NCBI GenBank assembly: GCA_964600335.1
Contig: CAZRJE010000001.1
Location: 1 to 25,389 of the forward strand
Reading direction: 5' to 3'
Source of the DNA: an uncultured Candidatus Saccharibacteria bacterium
GTDB taxonomy: Bacteria; Patescibacteriota; Minisyncoccia; Phycocordibacterales; PALSA-1337
DNA length: 25,389 nt
The notes below the pieces were generated by a model. That model was not told the DNA's origin. It did not search any database and saw only the letters and a list, made by a program, of their open reading frames with translations. Positions 1-7,971 of the stretch are shown here, piece by piece (positions within the stretch are counted from its first letter, which is position 1; each line of letters starts with the position of its first letter). Position numbers and translations under genes: made by a program.

Positions 1-595
1 TCTTTTCTTCGTGCAACCATTTATGTTTTGAATTCTTCTGAATCGAACGATCGTCATGGTTTTCAATGGCATATACAAAAATTCCATACTTGAATCTCTG
101 TGAACCATGCCAACGAAAGAAATCTTCATCAATATCAAGCATCTTCTTTGTTGGCCACAATAGATAACATTCTTTCACATCTTTTTTCCATGACATATCT
201 CTAAATGCTTGTTTTATGCCGAGAATACCAGAATAAAATCGTATCTTAGGTCTCGATACAGTATCAGAGATCTTGGTATTATTTATAAGTCTTATGAGTT
301 CAGATTGAGCATTTTTTATAGATTTTACTCTTTCTTCATAGACATTATTGATTTGCGACATGTCTGATATTCCATACGATCTACTTCGATTATTGTTGTA
401 TTCATTTATGAGACTAGACTCCAAAAGGGGAGGGATAGAATCATATATGGTTGATTTTGGTAGATTCAATCTCTCAGCCAACTGAACGACCGTGGATTCA
501 CCGTATCTTATAATACTCATTAAGACATTTTTTGATACGGAAGAAAGATTGAAATAATCTAGAAAATCATTGTTATTCGGAATTCGCCGATTCAT
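1..595 (-). CDS. TrmB-family transcriptional regulator, 3'-truncated at window edge (not in ORF track)
   Basis: Hand translation from ATG at 595 is open to base 1: MNRRIPNNNDFLDYFNLSSVSKNVLMSIIRYGESTVVQLAERLNLPKSTIYDSIPPLLESSLI...RPKIRFYSGILGIKQAFRDM. N-terminal winged HTH (LAERLNLPKSTIY), coiled linker and the 'PKIRFYxG..GIK' motif of TrmB-type regulators. Confidence 0.85.
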   Translation of the reverse strand, partial: MNRRIPNNNDFLDYFNLSSVSKNVLMSIIRYGESTVVQLAERLNLPKSTIYDSIPPLLESSLINEYNNNRSRSYGISDMSQINNVYEERVKSIKNAQSELIRLINNTKISDTVSRPKIRFYSGILGIKQAFRDMSWKKDVKECYLLWPTKKMLDIDEDFFRWHGSQRFKYGIFVYAIENHDDRSIQKNSKHKWLHEEK

Positions 596-601
596 GGACT
601 T

Positions 602-610
602 ATATTAACA
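602..610 (-). promoter_or_regulatory. Extended -10 promoter in leaderless geometry for the first TrmB gene
   Basis: Minus strand reads TGT-TAATAT-aagtcc-ATG: TGn plus TAnnnT ending exactly 6 nt before the ATG at 595. Confidence 0.55.
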
Positions 611-633
611 TAATATTAGAATGTTTGCATAAT
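605..633 (+). promoter_or_regulatory. Putative sigma70 promoter for binding protein 1
   Basis: TTAACA (605-610), 17 nt, CATAAT (628-633); one mismatch each to TTGACA/TATAAT; overlaps the divergent TrmB promoter. Confidence 0.45.
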
Positions 634-644
634 CTAATAAATAT

Positions 645-1754
645 ATGAAAAAAGTAATAATATTCGGTGTGATTTTGTTCGTCGCTATTGTCTTGATTTG
701 TTTTCAATCGCTTTTTGAGCGCGATAATAAAGCCATTATAAAAATAGGTGCGGTCATATCTCTTACGGGAGATGCGAGTCCTTGGGGTGAATATGCAAAA
801 AAGGGAATGGATCTTGCTGTGGAGAGTATAAATAAAAATGGTGGCATAAATGGTCGAAATGTTGAAATTGTGTATGAAGATGATCATACTGATCCAAAAC
901 AAGCAGTATCTTCATGGAATAAATTGTCTGATATTGATAAAGTCCAAGGCATAATCGGTGGGGTATTTGATTTTACAGCTCAACCACTCATTCCTTTGGC
1001 AGAATCGCGTAAAATTGGATTTATTTCACCGTCAAATTTTCGAATAGAGGGCGGTTTTGAACTGAATCAAAATAGTTTTGTAATGCTGACTGATTTTGAT
1101 CAAACTATTATGAAATTGAAGCCTTTCATTGAAAGTAATAAAATAGACAATCTTGCAGTCGTTCATTTCAAATCAACTTTCGGCACTCAGATCTATAAGA
1201 CCCTAAATAAAGTCATGAATGAATTGGGGAGACATTTAGCATTTAATGAACAGTATGCAAAAATTGGAAACAATGACTTTCGAACAACTATTATAAAATT
1301 AAAATCTGAGAATGTTGATGCTGTGTTTATCGATGCGGTAGCAGACGATCCATTAAACTTTATAAAGCAATCTACACAGCTTGGATTTCGGCCTGTATTT
1401 ATAACTTACAATGGAGCGTTAGATGCTTTTACAAATATTCAAGATAAAAAATTATTGGAAGGTGTTGTTATATTGAATTGGGAAATATCTACCCCATATT
1501 TTAATCAATTGTTTAAGGATAAATATAATATTGAGGCTACTAAATCTGCTGACAAATATTTTGATGCCGTATATGTTATGGCAAATGCAATTGCTAATAC
1601 GAATCATAAAGATGCTGTATCGAAATACATTGAATCAAATACATTTTCGACTCCGAATGGTCAAATAACATTCAAAGAAAATCATTCAGTAAAGGATTTA
1701 AGCACCGCTATTCAAGTCTACAAAGACGGTAAATTACAAAATTGGCCGGAGTGA
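645..1754 (+). CDS. LivJ/LivK-like (type I periplasmic-binding fold) ABC substrate-binding protein 1, N-terminal membrane anchor
   Basis: 369 aa; MKK plus hydrophobic helix; IKIGAVISLTG, GGINGRNVEIVYEDD and DFRTTIIKLK motifs typical of branched-chain amino-acid-type binding proteins. Confidence 0.9.
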   Translation: MKKVIIFGVILFVAIVLICFQSLFERDNKAIIKIGAVISLTGDASPWGEYAKKGMDLAVESINKNGGINGRNVEIVYEDDHTDPKQAVSSWNKLSDIDKVQGIIGGVFDFTAQPLIPLAESRKIGFISPSNFRIEGGFELNQNSFVMLTDFDQTIMKLKPFIESNKIDNLAVVHFKSTFGTQIYKTLNKVMNELGRHLAFNEQYAKIGNNDFRTTIIKLKSENVDAVFIDAVADDPLNFIKQSTQLGFRPVFITYNGALDAFTNIQDKKLLEGVVILNWEISTPYFNQLFKDKYNIEATKSADKYFDAVYVMANAIANTNHKDAVSKYIESNTFSTPNGQITFKENHSVKDLSTAIQVYKDGKLQNWPE

Positions 1755-1789
1755 TTATTTATTTGATCTATAATCGGTTAGTCTCTATA

Positions 1790-2539
1790 TCATTTCGCAA
1801 TCCTCCACAAATAATCGAAATGCTTTTGAAAGGCCGTAACGACGATTGGATTATTTATTGTAAATATGACAGGATTATCACCCCATACAGATATCATTAT
1901 CTCCTTTTGGGATATATTTAAAGTGTAGGGAAGCATATATCTCGAAGATAAATACTTGATTTCATATATAGAACTATCCGGACGTTCTTTTTGGATTATG
2001 TTATTTATTGTCTTATTTGTAATCATTCTCGCTTTACATTTTTTTCTAATCATAATCTTATCTACAACATTACTAAAGAAATTTCGAATTTCTCTAGATT
2101 CTTTGTATTCGGGTCCGACGAGAGTAATTATCGAAAGTGTCTCCTTTGGATTCATGAGTGATATATGATTTTCATAAGCCATTTTGAAACCCCTGATACC
2201 TTCGTATGTATTTGTCTCATTCCTTTCATTTCTTATTATGGGAAGGTCTTCAAGAGATTGTGATAAATCAATCAATCTCTTTGTATTGTCTTTTACTTCA
2301 TCGATGAGTTGGTTTGGTATTTCTGCCTGATAATACTTTATATTATTCTTCACTTGATATGTCACAAGACCTTTGAGTACTAGGTGGCGTAGGGAAGAGT
2401 ACACTCTAGAACTCGCTATCCCACTCATTTTTATTATAGGTCCAGTCTTCGATCTGCCAATTGAAAGAAGAGTCGAATATATTTTGACATCATTTTTATT
2501 TAGACCAAAATATTCAAGTATTTCTGAGTTTATTGTCAT
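1790..2539 (-). CDS. TrmB-family transcriptional regulator (249 aa; start moved from 2680 to ATG 2539)
   Basis: MTINSEILEYFGLNKNDVKIYSTLL...SGIASSRVYSSLRHLVLKGLV winged HTH; TYEGIRGFK; C-terminal ...FTINNPIVVTAFQKHFDYLW characteristic of TrmB C-terminal domains. The upstream extension overlaps the divergent gene. Confidence 0.88.
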   Translation of the reverse strand: MTINSEILEYFGLNKNDVKIYSTLLSIGRSKTGPIIKMSGIASSRVYSSLRHLVLKGLVTYQVKNNIKYYQAEIPNQLIDEVKDNTKRLIDLSQSLEDLPIIRNERNETNTYEGIRGFKMAYENHISLMNPKETLSIITLVGPEYKESREIRNFFSNVVDKIMIRKKCKARMITNKTINNIIQKERPDSSIYEIKYLSSRYMLPYTLNISQKEIMISVWGDNPVIFTINNPIVVTAFQKHFDYLWRIAK

Positions 2540-2565
2540 GATATTGCACTCCCAAACGGGAGAGT

Positions 2566-2593
2566 TTGCATTAATAAATAGTGTATATACAAT
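2566..2593 (+). promoter_or_regulatory. Putative sigma70 promoter for binding protein 2
   Basis: TTGCAT (2566-2571), 16 nt, TACAAT (2588-2593). Confidence 0.45.
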
Positions 2594-2621
2594 ACTAATA
2601 TTAAGATTAAATGTCAATATT

Positions 2622-3770
2622 ATGAAAAAAGTTTTATACACATGCGTTGTTATATTGTTTGTGGGGGTTATTTGTCTCATAAGTGCTTTGAAGGTTAATC
2701 AAAAGTCAGGTGATAAGACAGATATTAAGATTGGCGGTATCTTTGCCCTAACTGGAATTGGTGCTGATCAGGGAGAACAAGAATTAAATGCGGCGTTGTT
2801 GGCAATTCAGGATATAAATGATAGCGGTGGCATAAATGGTCGGAATGTAAAATTAATCTCAGGTGATGTGTCTATTGATCGATTAAATATTGCAGTATCG
2901 GTTGCAAGACATGAGATAGACGCAGAAAAAGTAACTGCAATAGTTGGTACCACATGGGATGAGCCAGCTTCAGTCATCGTTCCTATAGCAAATGATTCAA
3001 AAGTACCAATGATAGGACAGAATCAGACTAAAATGATTGAGAAGGATAGATCTTATCCATATTTCTTTTCTACGTGGTATGACAATGAAATTGGAATAAA
3101 AAAATTATTAGAATTCGCGAAATCAAAAGATTGGCATAGATTAGCAATAATCAGACCTGTCGCTGACGGATTTTATCAATACGTATCAAATGAAGTTATC
3201 AGTCTGGCTCCTAAATATTCGATTGAAATAATAGCAAATGAGAATCTCAATAATCCAGCCGCGACTGATTTTAGGACTTCATTAACAAAGATTAAATCTC
3301 TTAAGCCTGATGCTATCGTTGTGGTCCTAGGTGTATTTACAGAATGTCCTTTTTTAAAACAAGAGATCGAACTAGGTATGGATATACCTGTATTGGCAAC
3401 AGAATCTGCTTTGAGTTATAACTCATTAAATCAATGTTCTGAACTTATGAAAAATCTATATATTTCATATCCAAAAGAGACAATGCAGTATGATAATTTT
3501 GCAAAGAGATACAATCAGAAATTCGGAAGATTCCCAGAAACCCCATCCGTCATGACAACCTATGATGCTTTTATGATTATTGCTCAAGCTTTAAAAAAGA
3601 CAAATGGTAATGGTGGCGATGAATTGAGGTCTGTCATAGAGTCCACAAAGGATTATGAAGGTGTATCAATCGACAAAATAAATTTTGATTCTATGGGTTA
3701 TGTCCTAACTCCACAGGATGCCTTTGAGATACGATCGGTGAAAGATAAAGAATTCATTCACTTGTACTGA
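2622..3770 (+). CDS. LivJ/LivK-like ABC substrate-binding protein 2 (382 aa; start moved to ATG 2622)
   Basis: MKKVLYTCVVILFVGVICLISAL anchor; IKIGGIFALTG, GGINGRNVKLI, DFRTSLTKIK, YDAFMIIAQAL. The ORF-track extension from 2373 is antisense to TrmB. Confidence 0.9.
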   Translation: MKKVLYTCVVILFVGVICLISALKVNQKSGDKTDIKIGGIFALTGIGADQGEQELNAALLAIQDINDSGGINGRNVKLISGDVSIDRLNIAVSVARHEIDAEKVTAIVGTTWDEPASVIVPIANDSKVPMIGQNQTKMIEKDRSYPYFFSTWYDNEIGIKKLLEFAKSKDWHRLAIIRPVADGFYQYVSNEVISLAPKYSIEIIANENLNNPAATDFRTSLTKIKSLKPDAIVVVLGVFTECPFLKQEIELGMDIPVLATESALSYNSLNQCSELMKNLYISYPKETMQYDNFAKRYNQKFGRFPETPSVMTTYDAFMIIAQALKKTNGNGGDELRSVIESTKDYEGVSIDKINFDSMGYVLTPQDAFEIRSVKDKEFIHLY

Positions 3771-3786
3771 TAGACCGTAAACCCAA

Positions 3787-3814
3787 TTGTTAAATTATCG
3801 TCTTAATGTATACT
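3787..3814 (+). promoter_or_regulatory. Putative sigma70 promoter for binding proteins 3-5
   Basis: TTGTTA (3787-3792), 16 nt, TATACT (3809-3814), in the gap upstream of ATG 3845. Confidence 0.4.
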
Positions 3815-3844
3815 GTGCTTAATAATATCAATATTAAACACATT

Positions 3845-4960
3845 ATGTTGAAATATATAAAGATCTTGCTTGGAATAATAATCGTTGCATTTGTTTTGTC
3901 TGTAATCTTACAAAAAGATAAAAAAGTCGATCAAAAGACATTTATTATCGGAGCGAGTCAGGCATTGACTGGAAGCGCTGCTTACTACGGTGAGCAAACA
4001 CAAAAAGGTATAAATCTTGGAATTGATTGGCTCAAAGAAAAATATCCAGAATATACTTTTAAAGTAATTTCTGAAGACAATCAGTTTAATGCGAAAGTTG
4101 CTATTGATAATTACAACAAATTAGTCAATCAAGATAAAATCGATGCAATAATTACTCACAACAGTCCTTCTTCTGTAGCTATTGCTCCGCTCGCAAAAAG
4201 GGATGGTATATTGCAAATAGCTATTTCCGCTGCGGCTAGTACTTATTCATCGCCTGATGATCTATCTTTTAGAACTACAGGAGTGTCATCGGATGAAGTC
4301 ATACCGATGTCAAAGTACATATCTTCAAAGTATAAAAAGATTGCCATATTATTCATGAATAATGAAATTGGTACAAGTGAAGCAAATGATCTAACAGAAT
4401 TGTTAAATAAAGAAAGTAATATAAAGATAGTTTCGAATGAAAGTTTTGCTGTTGAAAATAAGGATTTTAGAACGCAGATTGCAAAATTGAAAAGTCTTTC
4501 TCCTGATGCTGTATATATAGCTGGTCTTGCCTCTCATATAATTGATTTTGTGAAGCAGACAAAAGAACTTCATCTGACTTATCCTATTTTATCTTTTAGA
4601 ACTGCCGAAGACCCATCAATATTTAGTTCATTAGTAAATGATGCAAATGGAATCATATTTACAAATTTCTTTGATTCTTATGCTTCATCAACCGAAATAT
4701 CAAAGATGGTTAATATTTACAAGAAGACATTCAATCGTAATCCGGACAGTTATGTTGCTGAAGGTTATGAAGCAACGAGGCTCGTGGGTACTGCTCTAGT
4801 TAGATGTAAAAAAGATGAAACATGCATAAAAAAGTTTTTTGCTGAACTTCCGGATTTTGATAGTATTTTCGGTGAAATAAAGTATGATATAAACGGTGAT
4901 ATACATCACAGATATATATTACAAAAGATTGACGGAGAAAATTTTATAACAATCAATTAA
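3845..4960 (+). CDS. LivJ/LivK-like ABC substrate-binding protein 3 (371 aa from MLKYIK; ATG 3806 is an alternative start)
   Basis: Hydrophobic anchor; IGASQALTGSAAYYG, SEDNQF, DFRTQIAKLK, YVAEGYEA, GEIKYDINGD. Confidence 0.9.
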   Translation: MLKYIKILLGIIIVAFVLSVILQKDKKVDQKTFIIGASQALTGSAAYYGEQTQKGINLGIDWLKEKYPEYTFKVISEDNQFNAKVAIDNYNKLVNQDKIDAIITHNSPSSVAIAPLAKRDGILQIAISAAASTYSSPDDLSFRTTGVSSDEVIPMSKYISSKYKKIAILFMNNEIGTSEANDLTELLNKESNIKIVSNESFAVENKDFRTQIAKLKSLSPDAVYIAGLASHIIDFVKQTKELHLTYPILSFRTAEDPSIFSSLVNDANGIIFTNFFDSYASSTEISKMVNIYKKTFNRNPDSYVAEGYEATRLVGTALVRCKKDETCIKKFFAELPDFDSIFGEIKYDINGDIHHRYILQKIDGENFITIN

Positions 4961-4985
4961 TAATTATTATTAAAAATATAAAGAC

Positions 4986-6044
4986 ATGTCCAAAATATTA
5001 AAGACTTTGATAGGTATTGTGATTGTTATAGTTATCATTGTATTTATATCAACCTTACCAAACAAGAAATACAATTCCATAATAAAAATCGGAATAATTG
5101 GACCATTTTCTGGGGCAGCACAGAGTGTAGGTGAAGAGATAAGAAATACAATTCTTCTTGCAAGTAGTTCGAAGACATCATTTTTATTTGAGGATGATCA
5201 ATGTGATTCAAAAAAAGCGATCTCAAGTTATCAAAAATTAAAGCTCGAAGATGTTCATGTATATTATGTTGCTTGTAGTGGAAGTGTTCTCGCCATCGCT
5301 CCGATCGTAAAACAAGACAATAATCTAATAGTTACAGCGTATGCGGGCTCATCTCAGATTCGTGATACTGGCGATGAAGTTATTCGATTTATACCGGATG
5401 CTCTTTCGATTGCCGATAAAATGGCGAAATATTCATTGCAATTAGCCTCATCGAGCAAGGTTGGACTGTTTTATGAAAAGCAGGATTATTCTGTGTCAGT
5501 TGCAAACAATATAAAGAGTAGTTTAGGATCTTTGGTGAAATATGAAGATACATATTCTGGTGATGGAAATTCATTTAAGACTCAAATCGCAAAATTAAAG
5601 TCGGCTCAGATTTCTCACTTAATTTATATTCCAACGACTGATAAATCGGAAAAAATTATTTTCAGTGAAATGAGAGATATGAATTTCAAGCCGTTTCTTA
5701 TTGGAGATATAAATGTTTGTGAATATGCAAATGAACCAAAAGATTATGGTTTGAAAAGTGTGTGTTTTGATGCGGCTTTTTTAAATGAAACTCCTGCATA
5801 TCAGAAATTTAAGGATGATTATAAAAAGATCTATAATAATGAGGCAAAATCACCATATTATGATGCTATCACTCTAGATATTATGAAGATGATTCAAAGA
5901 TCTGAGATTCAGAATGATGAAAAGCTAGTCGAAAATTTAAAAAAATATTTTCTTGATGGAATACAAGGAGAAATGTCAGAATATCATTTCACATCTAATG
6001 GTGAAGTTGTAGCTGACCCACATATAAAGATGTTTGAGAGATAA
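4986..6044 (+). CDS. LivJ/LivK-like ABC substrate-binding protein 4
   Basis: 352 aa; anchor helix; IKIGIIGPFSG, FEDDQCD, VACSGS, FKTQIAKLK, YDAI; lacks the GGINGR segment. Confidence 0.88.
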   Translation: MSKILKTLIGIVIVIVIIVFISTLPNKKYNSIIKIGIIGPFSGAAQSVGEEIRNTILLASSSKTSFLFEDDQCDSKKAISSYQKLKLEDVHVYYVACSGSVLAIAPIVKQDNNLIVTAYAGSSQIRDTGDEVIRFIPDALSIADKMAKYSLQLASSSKVGLFYEKQDYSVSVANNIKSSLGSLVKYEDTYSGDGNSFKTQIAKLKSAQISHLIYIPTTDKSEKIIFSEMRDMNFKPFLIGDINVCEYANEPKDYGLKSVCFDAAFLNETPAYQKFKDDYKKIYNNEAKSPYYDAITLDIMKMIQRSEIQNDEKLVENLKKYFLDGIQGEMSEYHFTSNGEVVADPHIKMFER

Positions 6045-6079
6045 TAATTATCAATAATAATAGTAATAATAAGAAAATT

Positions 6080-7186
6080 ATGTCCAAAAAAATAAAAATA
6101 GTTATAGGGATTATCATAGTGATTGTGGTGGTGGTCTTATTGTCGCAGAAAAGAGGAGATAATGGTCCTATCAAGATTGGTTTTATTGGACCTTTGACTG
6201 GTGATGTTTCAAATCTTGGAGTTATTAGTAAATCCGCTGTAGAACTTGCAACAAAAGAAATGAATGATGCGGGTGGTATAAATGGTAGAAAAGTCGAAGT
6301 TTTGTATGAGGACGGTAAATGTACTCCTGTAGTTGCATTGAATTCGGCAAATAAATTGTTAAATGTTGATCACGTAAGTGCAATAATTGGTGGTATGTGC
6401 TCGGGTGAGACTTCTTCATTCATAAAGAATGCGACCGAAATGAAGATTCCAGTTATTTCATATTGTTCATCTGCACCGTCACTTAGCAATTCTGGTCCTA
6501 TGTTCTTTAGGACATATCCATCAGATTCATATCAAGGGAAATATGCCGCCATGTATGCTTATAATGTTTTGAAGATAAAAAAGATTGCGATTTTGTATCA
6601 TATATCAGACTGGGGAACGGGTCTAAAAGATGTATTTACAAAGACGTTTACTGAACTTGGGGGAACTATCGTGGCTACAGAGGGAGCAACTCAAGAGACA
6701 AAAGACTATAGAACTCAACTCTCAAAAATCAAAGCTCAAAACCCGGAATATATTTATATGGCAGTTTATACTGATGGGGGTCTAATCTCTATTCAACAGT
6801 CAGTAGATCTTGGTATAAAGGCAAAACTACTTGGCACAGATACGTGGAATGATCCAAAGTTTGTATCATCAGTAAATCAGAAAGCTGATATTACATATGT
6901 GGGTAGTACAAATAATCCGAGTCAAGATTTTTCAGATAAGTTGATGAAATTTGCTCAAGTAAAGGAAGTACCAATATGCGCGCCTCAAGCTTACGATGCA
7001 ACAAATGTATTATTCTCAGCAATAAAGGAGTCGGGTCTCGACGGTGAAGCGATTTCAAAGTCTATTCATTCAACAAAATATTCTGGTGTAAATGGGCCAG
7101 TTGAATTTGATCAAAACGGTGATATTGTTGCTACAAATTATGTGATAAGGAAGATAATAAATAATAAACTCGTTGAGATAAAATAA
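6080..7186 (+). CDS. LivJ/LivK-like ABC substrate-binding protein 5 (most canonical)
   Basis: 368 aa; IKIGFIGPLTGD, GGINGRKVEVLYEDGKC, GGMCSGET, FFRTYPSDSYQG, DYRTQLSKIK, GPVEFDQNGD. Confidence 0.93.
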   Translation: MSKKIKIVIGIIIVIVVVVLLSQKRGDNGPIKIGFIGPLTGDVSNLGVISKSAVELATKEMNDAGGINGRKVEVLYEDGKCTPVVALNSANKLLNVDHVSAIIGGMCSGETSSFIKNATEMKIPVISYCSSAPSLSNSGPMFFRTYPSDSYQGKYAAMYAYNVLKIKKIAILYHISDWGTGLKDVFTKTFTELGGTIVATEGATQETKDYRTQLSKIKAQNPEYIYMAVYTDGGLISIQQSVDLGIKAKLLGTDTWNDPKFVSSVNQKADITYVGSTNNPSQDFSDKLMKFAQVKEVPICAPQAYDATNVLFSAIKESGLDGEAISKSIHSTKYSGVNGPVEFDQNGDIVATNYVIRKIINNKLVEIK

Positions 7187-7189
7187 CTC

Positions 7190-7218
7190 TTCAAATTCTT
7201 CGCGAAATGTGAAAGAAT
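7190..7218 (+). promoter_or_regulatory. Possible internal leaderless promoter for livG-livF
   Basis: TTCAAA (7190-7195), 17 nt ending in TGA, AAGAAT (7213-7218), 6 nt, ATG 7225; the first T of the -10 is mismatched. Confidence 0.35.
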
Positions 7219-7224
7219 AGTAGT

Positions 7225-7971
7225 ATGTCTCTACAAACTCATAATATTTCAAAGCACTTTGGTGGAGTATACGCTCTCAATAATCTAAATATTGTTCTAA
7301 AAAAGGGCATTATCACGGGTATTATTGGTCCAAATGGTTCTGGTAAATCAACTCTGGTGAATGTTCTCACGGGTGTATTATCGCTTGATGCGGGTAGTAT
7401 GACTATTCTTGGTGAAAAACTTCAGAAAGTTCAACCACATCAAGTACCATTTATTGGTCTCACCAGAACATTTCAAGATGTTAGATTGTTTGAACAGCTA
7501 AGTGTTCTTGATAATATTCTCGTAGTTTTGACTGAGAGAAGTGTATGGTCATCAATATTTGAAAAGCATACAAAGATTCATGTAAGTAGAGCGCATGAAG
7601 CGCTTGATAAAGTTGGTTTATTATTCAAAAAAGATGAATTAGCAAAAAATCTTTCATATGGTCAGAGGAAGCTTCTTGAAATCGCTCGTGTTCTAGCTAT
7701 GGAACATTCTGGTACAGGAGATCTAGAGATATTTTTATTCGATGAGCCATTTGCTGGATTATTCCCAGAAATGATAAAGATAGTCAAAGAAGTGTTATTG
7801 GATTTGAAGAGTCGAGGAAAGTCAGTCGTTTTGATTGAGCACAATATCGATCTTATTCGAAGTCTTTCAGATCAAATATTTGTATTAGATTCAGGACAAT
7901 TGCTTGCGCAGGGTGTTCCTGAGGAAGTATTATCAAGGAAGGATGTTATTGAAGCGTATTTAGGAGAATGA
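7225..7971 (+). CDS. livG: Branched-chain amino acid ABC transporter ATPase
   Basis: KHFGGVYAL, Walker A GPNGSGKST, RTFQDVRLF, LSYGQRKLLEIAR, FDEPFAG, IEHNIDL, C-terminal VIEAYLG. Confidence 0.9.
   Translation: MSLQTHNISKHFGGVYALNNLNIVLKKGIITGIIGPNGSGKSTLVNVLTGVLSLDAGSMTILGEKLQKVQPHQVPFIGLTRTFQDVRLFEQLSVLDNILVVLTERSVWSSIFEKHTKIHVSRAHEALDKVGLLFKKDELAKNLSYGQRKLLEIARVLAMEHSGTGDLEIFLFDEPFAGLFPEMIKIVKEVLLDLKSRGKSVVLIEHNIDLIRSLSDQIFVLDSGQLLAQGVPEEVLSRKDVIEAYLGE

Noticed and set aside
600-902. 100-aa minus-strand ORF, representative of the many short antisense/alternate-frame ORFs in the track (e.g. 1956-2168, 8027-8572, 10171-10506, 16334-16934, 20610-21125, 21206-22715, 23464-24502)
   Set aside because: They lie within or antisense to well-supported genes and show no recognisable motifs; treated as shadow ORFs.
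623-2580. GTTTGCAT and TAATAAATA shared by both TrmB-SBP intergenic regions (623-643, 2564-2580)
   Set aside because: Spacing differs, TTGCAT also serves as a generic -35 before nusB, and the rest is low complexity; too weak to call an operator.
2373-2680. Long N-terminal extensions of SBP2 (from 2373) and TrmB2 (from 2680)
   Set aside because: The extensions overlap each other's coding regions; family-typical N-termini begin at 2622 and 2539.
840-2842. 17-nt identity GGTGGCATAAATGGTCG in SBP1 (840-856) and SBP2 (2826-2842)
   Set aside because: It encodes the conserved GGINGR motif; explained by protein constraint and codon bias, not a DNA repeat.
6045-6079. AAT/TAA-rich short repeats between SBP genes (also 4961-4985)
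   Set aside because: Low-complexity AT-rich spacers without a regular unit; not CRISPR or a tandem repeat.
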